DNA from: an uncultured Ectothiorhodospiraceae bacterium
GTDB taxonomy: Bacteria > Pseudomonadota > Gammaproteobacteria > Nitrococcales > Nitrococcaceae
Direction: 5' to 3'
Assembly: GCA_964487155.1 (NCBI GenBank)
Contig: CAZAQB010000003.1
Span: 13,125-77,124 of the forward strand
Length of the DNA: 64,000 nt
The notes below the pieces were generated by a model, which was not told the origin of the DNA, did not search any database, and saw nothing but the letters and a program-made list of their open reading frames with translations. Below, one piece after another: positions 15,304 through 23,677 of this stretch (position 1 is its first letter; the number at the start of each line of letters is the position of its first letter). The translations under genes and the position numbers were made by a program.

Positions 15304-18012
15304 ATGACGATCCGCAACCTGCAGCACCTGTTCAAACCCGAGTCCATCGCCCTGATCGGGGCGAGCCGCCGGCCCCAGTCAGTGGGTTCGGTGCTGGCCC
15401 GCAACCTGCTCAAGTCGGGTTTCGAGGGCCCCATCATGCCGGTCAACCCCAAGGAGCGGGCCATCCACGGGGTGCTGGCCTATCCGGACATCGACAGCCT
15501 GCCGATGGTCCCCGACCTGGCAGTGATCAGCACGCCTCCGGACAGCGTGCCAGGCATCGTCGGGCAGCTGGCGGAGGCAGGCACCAAGGCCGCCGTGGTG
15601 ATCACCGCGGGCTTCGGCGAAGGCGGCGACGACAAGGGCCATCAGTTGCGACAGCAGATGCTGGATGCCGCCAAGCCCCACCTGCTGCGCATCGTCGGTC
15701 CCAACTGCCTGGGAATCCTGGTGCCCGGGGTGGGCCTCAATGCCAGCTTCGCCCATGTTACGCCGCGGCCGGGACGGCTGGCCTTCGTGACCCAGTCGGG
15801 CGCCATCGTCACCTCGGTGCTGGACTGGGCTGCCAGCCGCAACATCGGTTTCTCCCACCTGGTGTCCCTGGGTGACATGGCCGACGTGGACTTCGGCGAC
15901 ATGCTGGACTACCTGGCCAACGATCCCGAGACCCGGGCCATCCTGCTCTACGTAGAGGCCATCACCGACGCCCGCAAGTTCATGTCGGCCGCCCGGGCGG
16001 CGGCACGCATGAAGCCGGTGCTGGTGGTGAAGGCCGGCCGCCACGCCGCCGGCGCCGCCGCAGCCGCCTCCCACACCGGCGCCCTGGCGGGTGCCGACGC
16101 CGTCTACGACGCCGCCTTCCGGCGCGCCGGCATGCTGCGGGTCTACAGCCTGGATGAGCTGTTCGCGGCGGTGGAGACCCTGGCCACCGCCGAGCCCGCC
16201 CACGGCGACCGCCTGGCGGTGCTCACCAACGGCGGCGGCATCGGCGTGCTGGCGGTGGACGCCCTCATGGACCACGACGGCCGGCTCGCGGAACTGAGCC
16301 CGGAAACCGTGAGCAAGCTCAACGAGGTGCTGCCGCCCACCTGGTCCAAGGGCAACCCGGTGGACATCATCGGCGACGCCCCGGGCAAGCGCTACGCGGA
16401 CAGCCTGAAGATCCTCTCCGAGGCCAGGGAGCTGGACGCCATCCTGGTGCTGAACTGCCCCACCGCCATCACCGACAGCGCGGATGCCGCCGGCGGCGTG
16501 ATCGAGGTGGTGAAAGAAATCCGCCAGCGGCCCTACGGCAAGCCCCGCCCGGCAGTGCTCACCAGCTGGGTGGGCGACCAGGCCCAGCAGGAGGCCCGGC
16601 GGCTGTTCGCCGAGAACCGCGTCTCAACCTTCAGCACACCGGAGGCCGCGGTGCGCGCCTTCACCCATATGGTCAACTACCGCCGCAGCCAGGAGAACCT
16701 GCTGGAGACCCCGGCCTCGGTGCCCGTGGAGTTCACCCCCAACATCGACGCCGCGCGCAAGGTGATCCAGCAGGCCCTGAGCGAGGAGCGCGAGTGGCTG
16801 AGCGAGCCGGAGGCCAAAGAGGTGCTGGCCGCCTACGGGGTGCCGGTGGTGCCGACCCGGGTGGCGCGCACCCCCGAGGAGGCGGCTTCCATCGCCGCCG
16901 AGTTCGGCGGCCCCATGGCGGTGAAGATCCTCTCGCCGGACATCACCCACAAGTCCGACGTGGACGGCGTGGCCCTGGACCTGGCGGGCCCTGCCGCCAC
17001 CCGCAACGCCGCCAGGCACATGCTGGACAAGGTCGCGGAACACAAGCCTAACGCCCGGGTGGAGGGCTTCAGCGTGCAGCCCATGGTGCACCGGCCGGGA
17101 GCTTACGAACTCATCGTCGGCGTCACCACCGACCCCCAGTTCGGCCCGGTGGTGCTGTTCGGCCAGGGCGGCACCGCCGTGGAGGTGGTACGGGACCAGG
17201 CTCTGGGCTTGCCGCCCCTGAACATGAAGCTGGCCCACGAACTGCTCTCCCGCACCCGCATCTTCGAGCAGCTGAAGGGCTTCCGTGGCCTGCCCTCGGT
17301 CAACCTGGACGCCCTCGCGCTGACCGTGATCCGCGCCGCCCAGCTGGCCACCGACATCGCCGAGGTGGCGGAGCTGGACATGAACCCGTTGCTGGCGGAC
17401 GAATACGGCGTGGTGGCCCTGGACGCGCGCATCAAGGTAGCGGCCACCGAGCAGTCCCCAGGCGAGCGGCTGGCCATCCGCCCCTACCCCAAGGAGCTGG
17501 AGGAGACCATCGCCACCGGCGACGGCCGCGAGCTGCTGCTGCGGCCCATCCTGCCCGAGGACGAGCCGGCCCTGCACGACGCCTTCGCGAAGATGACCCC
17601 GGAACAGATCCGGATGCGCTTCTTCGTGCCCATCAAGACCCTGAGCCACCTGACGGCCGCCCGCTACACCCAGATCGACTACGACCGGGAGATGACCCTG
17701 GTGCTCACGGACCCCGGCATCCCCGGCGAGACCCCCATGTACGGCACGGTGCGCATCTCCGCCGACCCGGACAACGAGCGCGCCGAGTACGCCATCCTGG
17801 TGCGCGACGACATGACCGGCATGGGGCTGGGCGTGCTGCTGATGCGGCGCATCGTCGACTACTGCCAGCGCCGCGGCATCAAGGAGATCTTCGGCGACGT
17901 GCTGCGGGAGAACGAGACCATGCTGCGCGTCTGCGAGCGCCTGGGCTTCAAGCGCAACTCCAGCCCCGACGACCCCGGCATCGTGCGGGTGGCACTGCAC
18001 CTGCAGGACTGA
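15304..18012 (+). CDS. PatZ/YfiQ-like bifunctional protein (ADP-forming acyl-CoA synthetase-like domains plus C-terminal GNAT lysine acetyltransferase)
   Basis: 902 aa. The N-terminus LFKPESIALIGASRRPQSVGSVLARNLL..GFEGPIMPVNPK...GPNCLGI...LAFVTQSGA is collinear with E. coli PatZ as I recall it. An ATP-grasp middle region is followed by a C-terminal GNAT (ILVRDDMTGMGLGVLLMRRIVDYCQRRGIKEIFGDVL). Confidence 0.85.
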   Translation: MTIRNLQHLFKPESIALIGASRRPQSVGSVLARNLLKSGFEGPIMPVNPKERAIHGVLAYPDIDSLPMVPDLAVISTPPDSVPGIVGQLAEAGTKAAVVITAGFGEGGDDKGHQLRQQMLDAAKPHLLRIVGPNCLGILVPGVGLNASFAHVTPRPGRLAFVTQSGAIVTSVLDWAASRNIGFSHLVSLGDMADVDFGDMLDYLANDPETRAILLYVEAITDARKFMSAARAAARMKPVLVVKAGRHAAGAAAAASHTGALAGADAVYDAAFRRAGMLRVYSLDELFAAVETLATAEPAHGDRLAVLTNGGGIGVLAVDALMDHDGRLAELSPETVSKLNEVLPPTWSKGNPVDIIGDAPGKRYADSLKILSEARELDAILVLNCPTAITDSADAAGGVIEVVKEIRQRPYGKPRPAVLTSWVGDQAQQEARRLFAENRVSTFSTPEAAVRAFTHMVNYRRSQENLLETPASVPVEFTPNIDAARKVIQQALSEEREWLSEPEAKEVLAAYGVPVVPTRVARTPEEAASIAAEFGGPMAVKILSPDITHKSDVDGVALDLAGPAATRNAARHMLDKVAEHKPNARVEGFSVQPMVHRPGAYELIVGVTTDPQFGPVVLFGQGGTAVEVVRDQALGLPPLNMKLAHELLSRTRIFEQLKGFRGLPSVNLDALALTVIRAAQLATDIAEVAELDMNPLLADEYGVVALDARIKVAATEQSPGERLAIRPYPKELEETIATGDGRELLLRPILPEDEPALHDAFAKMTPEQIRMRFFVPIKTLSHLTAARYTQIDYDREMTLVLTDPGIPGETPMYGTVRISADPDNERAEYAILVRDDMTGMGLGVLLMRRIVDYCQRRGIKEIFGDVLRENETMLRVCERLGFKRNSSPDDPGIVRVALHLQD

Positions 18013-18029
18013 TCAGGCAGCCCGGCCGG

Positions 18030-18190
18030 CGGGGGTGGCGCGGCCGAGTGGCCGCTCGCAGCCCGCCGTAGGGCAGGTTGCGGAGAAACCTGCCACTGGG
18101 CGGTCGCACGGAGGCGTTGCCCTGGGTCAGGCACGGACCCCGGCACCGACACCGAGGCGTCTGGGATGTCGACTGACGGTGCACCCTGGT
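18030..18190 (-). repeat. MITE-like nested-palindrome element, copy C (partial)
   Basis: Carries one hairpin module (18068-18094, GTAGGGCAGGTTGCGGAGAAACCTGCC) and a central segment alignable with copy B (GCC.T.GG.CAGGCACGGA.CC...CGACACCG.GGC). The second hairpin module is missing. Boundaries are approximate. Confidence 0.55.
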
Positions 18191-18439
18191 CCGCGGGCGG
18201 GCGGCATCTCACGCGGCCGCCCGCGCCCACCAGGGGCCTGGCCCGGGCCCATCATTCGACTGGCCTGAGGGCGTAGTCGGTTCCTCACGGCAACCGGCAG
18301 GGGCAGGGGGCCGCAGCGGCTCGTCTGAGAGATGTCGGCTGCCAGGAGCAGCCGACCTACCGGTTGGCCCCATGTCGCGAGGCGACTTGGGGCAAACGCC
18401 ACCGGATGCCGGGACATTCACGTTTTCAGGGAGTGCTCC

Positions 18440-19009
18440 GTGCCGCAACGCTGTGCCTGGTGCACCGACGACCCGCTCTACATCCGCTACCACGACAGCG
18501 AATGGGGCGTGCCCAGCCGCGACGACGCCCACCTGTTCGAGATGCTGCTGCTTGAAGGGGCCCAGGCGGGCTTGAGCTGGCTCACCATCCTGCGCAAGCG
18601 GGAAGGCTTCCGGCGCGCCCTGGCGGGCTTCGACCCGGAGCGCCTGGCGGGTTTCGGCGAGGCGCAGCTGGCCGCCTGCCTGGCGGACCCGGGCATCGTG
18701 CGCAATCGCCTGAAGCTGGAATCCGCCCGGGACAACGCCCGGGCCTACCTGGCCCTGCTGGAGGACGGCGGCAGTTTCGGCGATTACTTATGGGCATTCG
18801 TGGACGGGCGTCCCATCATCAATCACTGGCAATCGGCGGATCAGGTCCCCACCCAGACGCCCTTGTCCCGGCGCGTCTCCCGCGACCTTCGCCAGCGGGG
18901 CTTCCGGTTCGTGGGCCCGACCATCTGCTATGCGTACCTGCAGGCCGTGGGCCTGGTGATGGACCACACCACGGACTGCTACCGCCACGCTGAGCTGGCG
19001 GCGGGCTGA
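18440..19009 (+). CDS. tag: DNA-3-methyladenine glycosylase I
   Basis: GTG start at 18440 with CAGGGAG upstream. The Tag signature is present: RCAWC..DPLYIRYHDSEWGVP..DD..LFEMLLLEGAQAGLSW.TILRKRE.FR. Confidence 0.9.
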   Translation: MPQRCAWCTDDPLYIRYHDSEWGVPSRDDAHLFEMLLLEGAQAGLSWLTILRKREGFRRALAGFDPERLAGFGEAQLAACLADPGIVRNRLKLESARDNARAYLALLEDGGSFGDYLWAFVDGRPIINHWQSADQVPTQTPLSRRVSRDLRQRGFRFVGPTICYAYLQAVGLVMDHTTDCYRHAELAAG

Positions 19010-19082
19010 CCGGGGCGTGGTCCCGTGCGCGCGCCGCCGCGGCTGGGTTAGCGACAGAGCAACCGCAGAGAATCCGACGTCC

Positions 19083-20303
19083 ATGGCGCAGGCCACCAGG
19101 CGCAGCGAGCCACCCCGGCAAGGCCCGGACCCGTCCGCGGCCGCCTCCGAGGTGGCCGGGCAGCGGCCCGCGGCTCCGGGTGAGTGCAAGACCAACGCCA
19201 CCGTACGCTTGGACCCGAGCGAGGCCACCATCTGCTGTGAGGGCTGCTGGACCCTGGAGGGGATCACCGATTTGAACCGGGGGTTCCGGCGCCTGTCACT
19301 GCCCGAATCCGGCCACTGGAAGCTGGACGCCGCGGGCATCGAGCGCCTGGATACCGCCGGCGCCGTGATGCTCTGCCGGGTGATCACCGCCCTGCGCAAA
19401 CGCGGTGTGGAAGTCGAGGTCGCCTCCGCCACCAAGGCCAATGCCGAGCTGTTCCGGCTGGCCAACAGCGGCGACTGGGAGAGCCAGCTGCACGTCCCCG
19501 AGCGTCCCGGGGGCCTGCTGCGCGACATCGGCGCCGCGACCGTGGGACGCTTCCAGTTGCTGGCGGGATTCCTCGAGTTCGTGGGCGAGACCGCGGCCGA
19601 CACGCTGCCCCGGCTGCTCAAGCCCCACCGGCTGCGCTGGCGCCAGGTGCTGGGCGAGATTCAGACCGCGGGGGTCAACGCGCTGCCCATCCTGGGCCTG
19701 CTGTCCATGCTGGTGGGGCTGGTGATCGCCTACCAGGGAGGCATCCCGTTGCGCAGCTATGGCGCCAACATCTTCATCGTCGACCTGGTGGCGGTCACCA
19801 CCCTGCGCGAGATGGCCCCCCTGCTCACGGCCGTCATCGTCGCCGGGCGCACCGGCTCGGCCTATGCCGCGCAGCTCGGCACCATGAAGATCACCGAGGA
19901 GGTGGACGCGTTGCGCACCCTGGGCATCACACCGTTCGAGATGCTGGTGGTGCCGAAACTGCTGGGACTGCTGATCGTCATGCCGCTGCTCACGGTGTTC
20001 GCCGATCTGATGGGCATGGCGGGGGGCATGCTGGCGGCCCACTCCGTGCTGTCGGTGAGCTGGGATACGTTCCTGGAACGGGTACCCCAGGTCGTGGCGC
20101 CCAGCAGCTTCTGGGTCGGCATCGCCAAGGCGCCGGTGTTCGCCGTGCTGATCGCCACCGTCGGCTGCTACCAGGGCCTGCGGGTTCAGGGCGGCACCGA
20201 GGCGGTGGGCCGGGCCACGACCACCGCCGTGGTGCAGGGCATATTCCTGGTCATCCTGGCGGACGCTGGTTTCTCAGTAGCCTTCGACCTGCTGGGGTTG
20301 TGA
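19083..20303 (+). CDS. MlaE-family ABC permease with an N-terminal STAS-like domain
   Basis: The N-terminal roughly 110 aa resemble a STAS/anti-sigma-antagonist fold (WKLDAAGIERLDTAGAVMLCRVITALRKRGVEVEV). The C-terminal MlaE core includes REMAPLLTAVIVAGRTGSAYAAQLGTMKITEEVDAL.TLGI.P. Confidence 0.8.
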   Translation: MAQATRRSEPPRQGPDPSAAASEVAGQRPAAPGECKTNATVRLDPSEATICCEGCWTLEGITDLNRGFRRLSLPESGHWKLDAAGIERLDTAGAVMLCRVITALRKRGVEVEVASATKANAELFRLANSGDWESQLHVPERPGGLLRDIGAATVGRFQLLAGFLEFVGETAADTLPRLLKPHRLRWRQVLGEIQTAGVNALPILGLLSMLVGLVIAYQGGIPLRSYGANIFIVDLVAVTTLREMAPLLTAVIVAGRTGSAYAAQLGTMKITEEVDALRTLGITPFEMLVVPKLLGLLIVMPLLTVFADLMGMAGGMLAAHSVLSVSWDTFLERVPQVVAPSSFWVGIAKAPVFAVLIATVGCYQGLRVQGGTEAVGRATTTAVVQGIFLVILADAGFSVAFDLLGL

Positions 20304-21085
20304 GAATGGCGCAAGCCCACCAGCTACCGGCCATCAGGGTCAGCGGGCTGACCACCTGTTTCGGCACCACCACGGTGCACGACCGCCTGGAGCTGACCGT
20401 GCACCGGGGCGAGCTCCTGGCGGTGGTCGGGGGCAGCGGCTCGGGCAAGACAGTGCTGCTGCGCCACCTGACGCTGTTGCGGCGGCCCGCCGAAGGCTCG
20501 GTGGAAGTGCTCGGAGTGGATGTGTCGGGCTGCGGTGAACGGGACCTGCGCCCCCTGCGCCGGCGCATCGGCGTGATGTTCCAGCAGGGTGCCCTGTTCA
20601 CCGGCCTGACGGTGCTGGAGAACGTCTGCCTGCCCCTGCGCGAGCACACCTGCCTCACCGGCGACCTGATCCGGGAGCTGGCCATGGCCAAGATCGGCCT
20701 CTCCGGGCTGCCGGCGGATGCCGCACACAAGTACCCGGCGGAACTCTCCGGCGGCATGACCAAGCGCGCCGCCCTGGCCCGGGCCATCGCCCTGGATCCG
20801 GATCTGCTGTTCCTGGACGAGCCCACCGCCGGGCTCGACCCGGTGGGTGCCGCGGCCCTGGACGCGCTCATCGCCCAGCTCCAGGCACTGATGGGCCTGA
20901 CCGTGGTGATGGTCACCCATGACGCGGACTCCCTCTGGCAGATTACCGACCGGGTTGCCTTTCTGGCCGAGCAGCGGGTGGTGGAAGTCGCGCCCATGGC
21001 CGAACTGGCCCGCTCCCGGCACCCGGAGATCCACCGCTACTTCTCGGGGCCGCGGATGCGCCGGGCCGAGGAGCGCGCCCAGTGA
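20300..21085 (+). CDS. MlaF-like ABC transporter ATP-binding protein
   Basis: Walker A GGSGSGKT, signature LSGGMTKR, Walker B LLFLDEPTAGLDP. The start overlaps the permease stop. Confidence 0.85.
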   Translation: MRMAQAHQLPAIRVSGLTTCFGTTTVHDRLELTVHRGELLAVVGGSGSGKTVLLRHLTLLRRPAEGSVEVLGVDVSGCGERDLRPLRRRIGVMFQQGALFTGLTVLENVCLPLREHTCLTGDLIRELAMAKIGLSGLPADAAHKYPAELSGGMTKRAALARAIALDPDLLFLDEPTAGLDPVGAAALDALIAQLQALMGLTVVMVTHDADSLWQITDRVAFLAEQRVVEVAPMAELARSRHPEIHRYFSGPRMRRAEERAQ

Positions 21086-22074
21086 ATACCCGGCTGAGCC
21101 ATGTGCTGATCGGCCTGTTCGTGGTGGCCCTGGCGAGCGCCCTGGTGCTCATGGGCCTGTGGCTGAGCGCCGGGCTCTCATCCACCGAATGGGTGCGCTA
21201 CTCCGTGTACACCGACGACTCGGTGGGGGGGCTGCGGGCCGACGCGCCGGTCACCTTCAGCGGCGTAGAGGTGGGACGGGTGCAGAGCCTGCAGCTGGAC
21301 GCGAGCCAACCGGGCCGGGTACACATCGTGCTTGCGATGCGGCCGGATGCCCCAGTCCGCGCCGATACCCGCGCCACCATCGGCCAGCAGGGCCTGACCG
21401 GCATCGCCTTCGTCGAGCTCAAGGGCGGCTCGCCGGACCAGGCACCGCAGACGCCATCCGGCGAACCCTACCCGGTGCTGGAGTCCCAGCCGTCCCGGCT
21501 GGACACCCTCGCCGAGTCGGCCAGCAACAGCCTCACCTCCCTGGAGCGGGTGCTGGAGGATGTCCAGACCCTGCTGGGCCCCGACAACCGGCAGGCCGTG
21601 ACCGCGACGCTGGACCACCTGGAGAGCGTGACCCGGAATATGGACGAGGTGACGCGGCAACTGCAGAGCACTCTGGCGGCGGTGGACGCCCTGGTGGCCC
21701 AGGGCGGTGGGGCGGTGGAGGACAGCCGGCGCCTGCTGAGGAGGCTGGAGCGGCTGGCCGCCGGAGCCGACGCCGCGGTGGCGGACCTGCCCCGGGTGCT
21801 GAAATCGGCCGGCACCACCCTGGCACAGGTCCGGGCCAGCGCCGACGCCCTGAGTGCCGCCGCCCGCCAGGGCGGCGCGGCTGGAGAAGCCGGCCAGCGG
21901 GGCCTGCAGCGCCTCAACCGCTCCACCCTGCCGCAGCTGGAGGCGGTGCTGGCCGACCTGGGCCGGGCGGCCGGCCGCCTGGACAGCCTGCTTATCTCCC
22001 TGAAGCAGGATCCTTCACAGCTGATCCGCGGGCGCGCTCCGGTGGCCCCAGGCCCCGGCGAGGCGGCCCGGTGA
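21082..22074 (+). CDS. MCE/MlaD family substrate-binding protein
   Basis: N-terminal TM segment (LIGLFVVALASALVLMGLWL), then an MCE domain (VTFSGVEVGRVQSLQLD...GLTGIAFVELKGG), then a long helical C-terminus. The GTG start overlaps the upstream stop. Confidence 0.8.
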   Translation: MNTRLSHVLIGLFVVALASALVLMGLWLSAGLSSTEWVRYSVYTDDSVGGLRADAPVTFSGVEVGRVQSLQLDASQPGRVHIVLAMRPDAPVRADTRATIGQQGLTGIAFVELKGGSPDQAPQTPSGEPYPVLESQPSRLDTLAESASNSLTSLERVLEDVQTLLGPDNRQAVTATLDHLESVTRNMDEVTRQLQSTLAAVDALVAQGGGAVEDSRRLLRRLERLAAGADAAVADLPRVLKSAGTTLAQVRASADALSAAARQGGAAGEAGQRGLQRLNRSTLPQLEAVLADLGRAAGRLDSLLISLKQDPSQLIRGRAPVAPGPGEAAR

Positions 22075-22697
22075 AGCACTGGCTGCCGACCGCCGCGCTG
22101 CTGGCAGGCGCCGCCCTGGCCGCGGGCTGCGCCTCTCTGCTGCCGCCGCCGGAGCCGCCCGCCCGGGAGTTCCTGCTGGAGGGTAATCCCGGGCCGGTCG
22201 AGCCCGCCGCCCCCGGAGAACTGACTCTGCTAGTGGACGCGCCGTCCGCCGCCGCCGCCTACCGGACCACCGACCTGCTGTACCGCGACCGTGGGCCCAG
22301 GCTGCGCCGCTACCGGGACAGCCGCTGGTCGGCGCCACCGGCGCAGCTGGCCGCCGAGGCTCTCGCCGCCGACCTGGCGGCCAGCGGGCTGTTTCGCGCC
22401 GTGTTGCCCTCGCCCGGACCTGCGCAGGCGGACCTGCGCCTCGAGCTGCGGCTGCTGCGCCTCGAGCAGGTATTCGACGACGACGCATCGACAAGCCGCC
22501 TGGTGGTGGCGCTTCAGGCCACTCTGACGTCCCCGCCACGGGGGCTGCTGCTGGCGAGCCGCCGGTTTCGGGTCAGCGAACCGGCGCCGCGGAACGCGGC
22601 GGGCGCCGCCGCCGCCGCCAACCGCGCCCTGGTCCGCCTGGCCCGGGATCTGCGCGCATTCCTCGCGCCCCACGCCGGCGCCTCGCCCGGTTCTTGA
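22071..22697 (+). CDS. ABC-type transport auxiliary lipoprotein (DUF330/YmbA-like)
   Basis: GTG at 22071 overlaps the MCE stop. Lipobox LAAGC after a signal peptide. The pattern ...YRTTDLLYRD....RRYRDSRWSAPPAQLAAEAL is typical of PF03886. Only the last 209 codons of track ORF 20919..22697 are taken as real. Confidence 0.7.
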   Translation: MKHWLPTAALLAGAALAAGCASLLPPPEPPAREFLLEGNPGPVEPAAPGELTLLVDAPSAAAAYRTTDLLYRDRGPRLRRYRDSRWSAPPAQLAAEALAADLAASGLFRAVLPSPGPAQADLRLELRLLRLEQVFDDDASTSRLVVALQATLTSPPRGLLLASRRFRVSEPAPRNAAGAAAAANRALVRLARDLRAFLAPHAGASPGS

Positions 22698-22900
22698 CCT
22701 GGGTCAGGCTGCCGGCGGCCGCATTTTCCGGGATTTGACCTCTGTCAGCGTTTTACCGACAGCAGACAGGGTAACGTTTCCCCATCGGATGGCGGGGCGA
22801 CGGTTTACTCGCCGGAAGCCTCGGGTTCCGGCCGCTTCCGCCGCTAACAGTAATGAACAGGCCGTCGTTCATCGGGTTTTCCAGCTTGGAGGTGGGGGCC

Positions 22901-23095
22901 ATGGCCAGCAGCACAATGGTTCGGCAACTACGCATCGAGTACCAGGGGGGTCGCATCATTCTCATCGGGGATGTCGGCAGCATCCACGACGAGGCCGACC
23001 GTATCGTCCGCCAGTTCCGGTTCAGCGGACGGCCCTACGAACTCAGCCAGGAGAGCCAGCACCGGGTCGTGCTGAGTCCTGCCGTCCCCCACTGA
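22901..23095 (+). CDS. Small hypothetical protein (64 aa)
   Basis: ATG at 22901 preceded by GGAGGTGGGG. The sequence MASSTMVRQLRIEYQGGRIILIGDVGSIHDEADRIVRQFRF... matches no family I recognise. Coding status is uncertain. Confidence 0.4.
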   Translation: MASSTMVRQLRIEYQGGRIILIGDVGSIHDEADRIVRQFRFSGRPYELSQESQHRVVLSPAVPH

Positions 23096-23190
23096 CGCCC
23101 CGCCGCCAGCCGCCGGGCGCAGTGCCTTGCATTCCGCCGCGGCCGGCGCCATCTCCCCGGCAGACTTATCGCCGGTAAGGAGATCACGCC

Positions 23191-23631
23191 ATGCACTACC
23201 TCCACACCATGGTGCGCGTCAGCGACCTGGACGAGTCCCTCGATTTCTACTGCAACAAGCTCGGTCTGCGGGAGATCAGCCGCAAGGACAGCGACAAGGG
23301 GCGTTTCACGCTGGTGTTTCTGGCCGCCCCGGAGGATGAGCAGCGGGCGCGCGAAGACCGGGCGCCCATGGTGGAACTGACCTGGAACTGGGATCCCGAG
23401 CAGTACACCGGGGGCCGCAACTTCGGCCACCTGGCCTACCGGGTGGAAGACATCTACGCCCTCTGCCAGCGCCTGGCCGACGCCGGGGTCACCATCAACC
23501 GTCCTCCCCGGGACGGTCATATGGCGTTCGTGCGCTCCCCCGACGGCATCTCTATCGAACTGTTGCAGCGGGGCGAAGCACTGCCGCCCCGGGAGCCCTG
23601 GGCGTCCATGGAGAACACCGGCACCTGGTAA
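23191..23631 (+). CDS. gloA: Lactoylglutathione lyase (glyoxalase I, VOC family)
   Basis: [20 protein letters not shown]...LGL...VELTWNWD...GHLAY.VEDIY..C..L...G....R.PRDG.MAFV.SPDG..IELL. AGGAGA RBS upstream. Confidence 0.85.
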   Translation: MHYLHTMVRVSDLDESLDFYCNKLGLREISRKDSDKGRFTLVFLAAPEDEQRAREDRAPMVELTWNWDPEQYTGGRNFGHLAYRVEDIYALCQRLADAGVTINRPPRDGHMAFVRSPDGISIELLQRGEALPPREPWASMENTGTW

Positions 23632-23677
23632 CGGCCCCCCGGGCGCCGGCGACACCGGCGCCCGGGCCCGCCGAGGT

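Noticed and set aside
20919-22070. N-terminal roughly 380 codons of track ORF 20919..22697
   Set aside because: Only the last 209 codons (from GTG 22071) form a plausible lipoprotein. The upstream part is an alternative frame of the MlaF-like and MCE genes.
22694-22707. Recurrence of the 13-mer TTGACCTGGGTCA (5542 and 22694) as statistical evidence of a regulon
   Set aside because: In 64 kb on two strands there are about 4e9 position pairs against 4^13 (about 6.7e7) possible 13-mers. Dozens of chance 13-mer repeats are therefore expected, and more in biased-composition DNA. Only the palindromic match to the FNR consensus counts as evidence. The 22694 copy may just be a post-gene hairpin.
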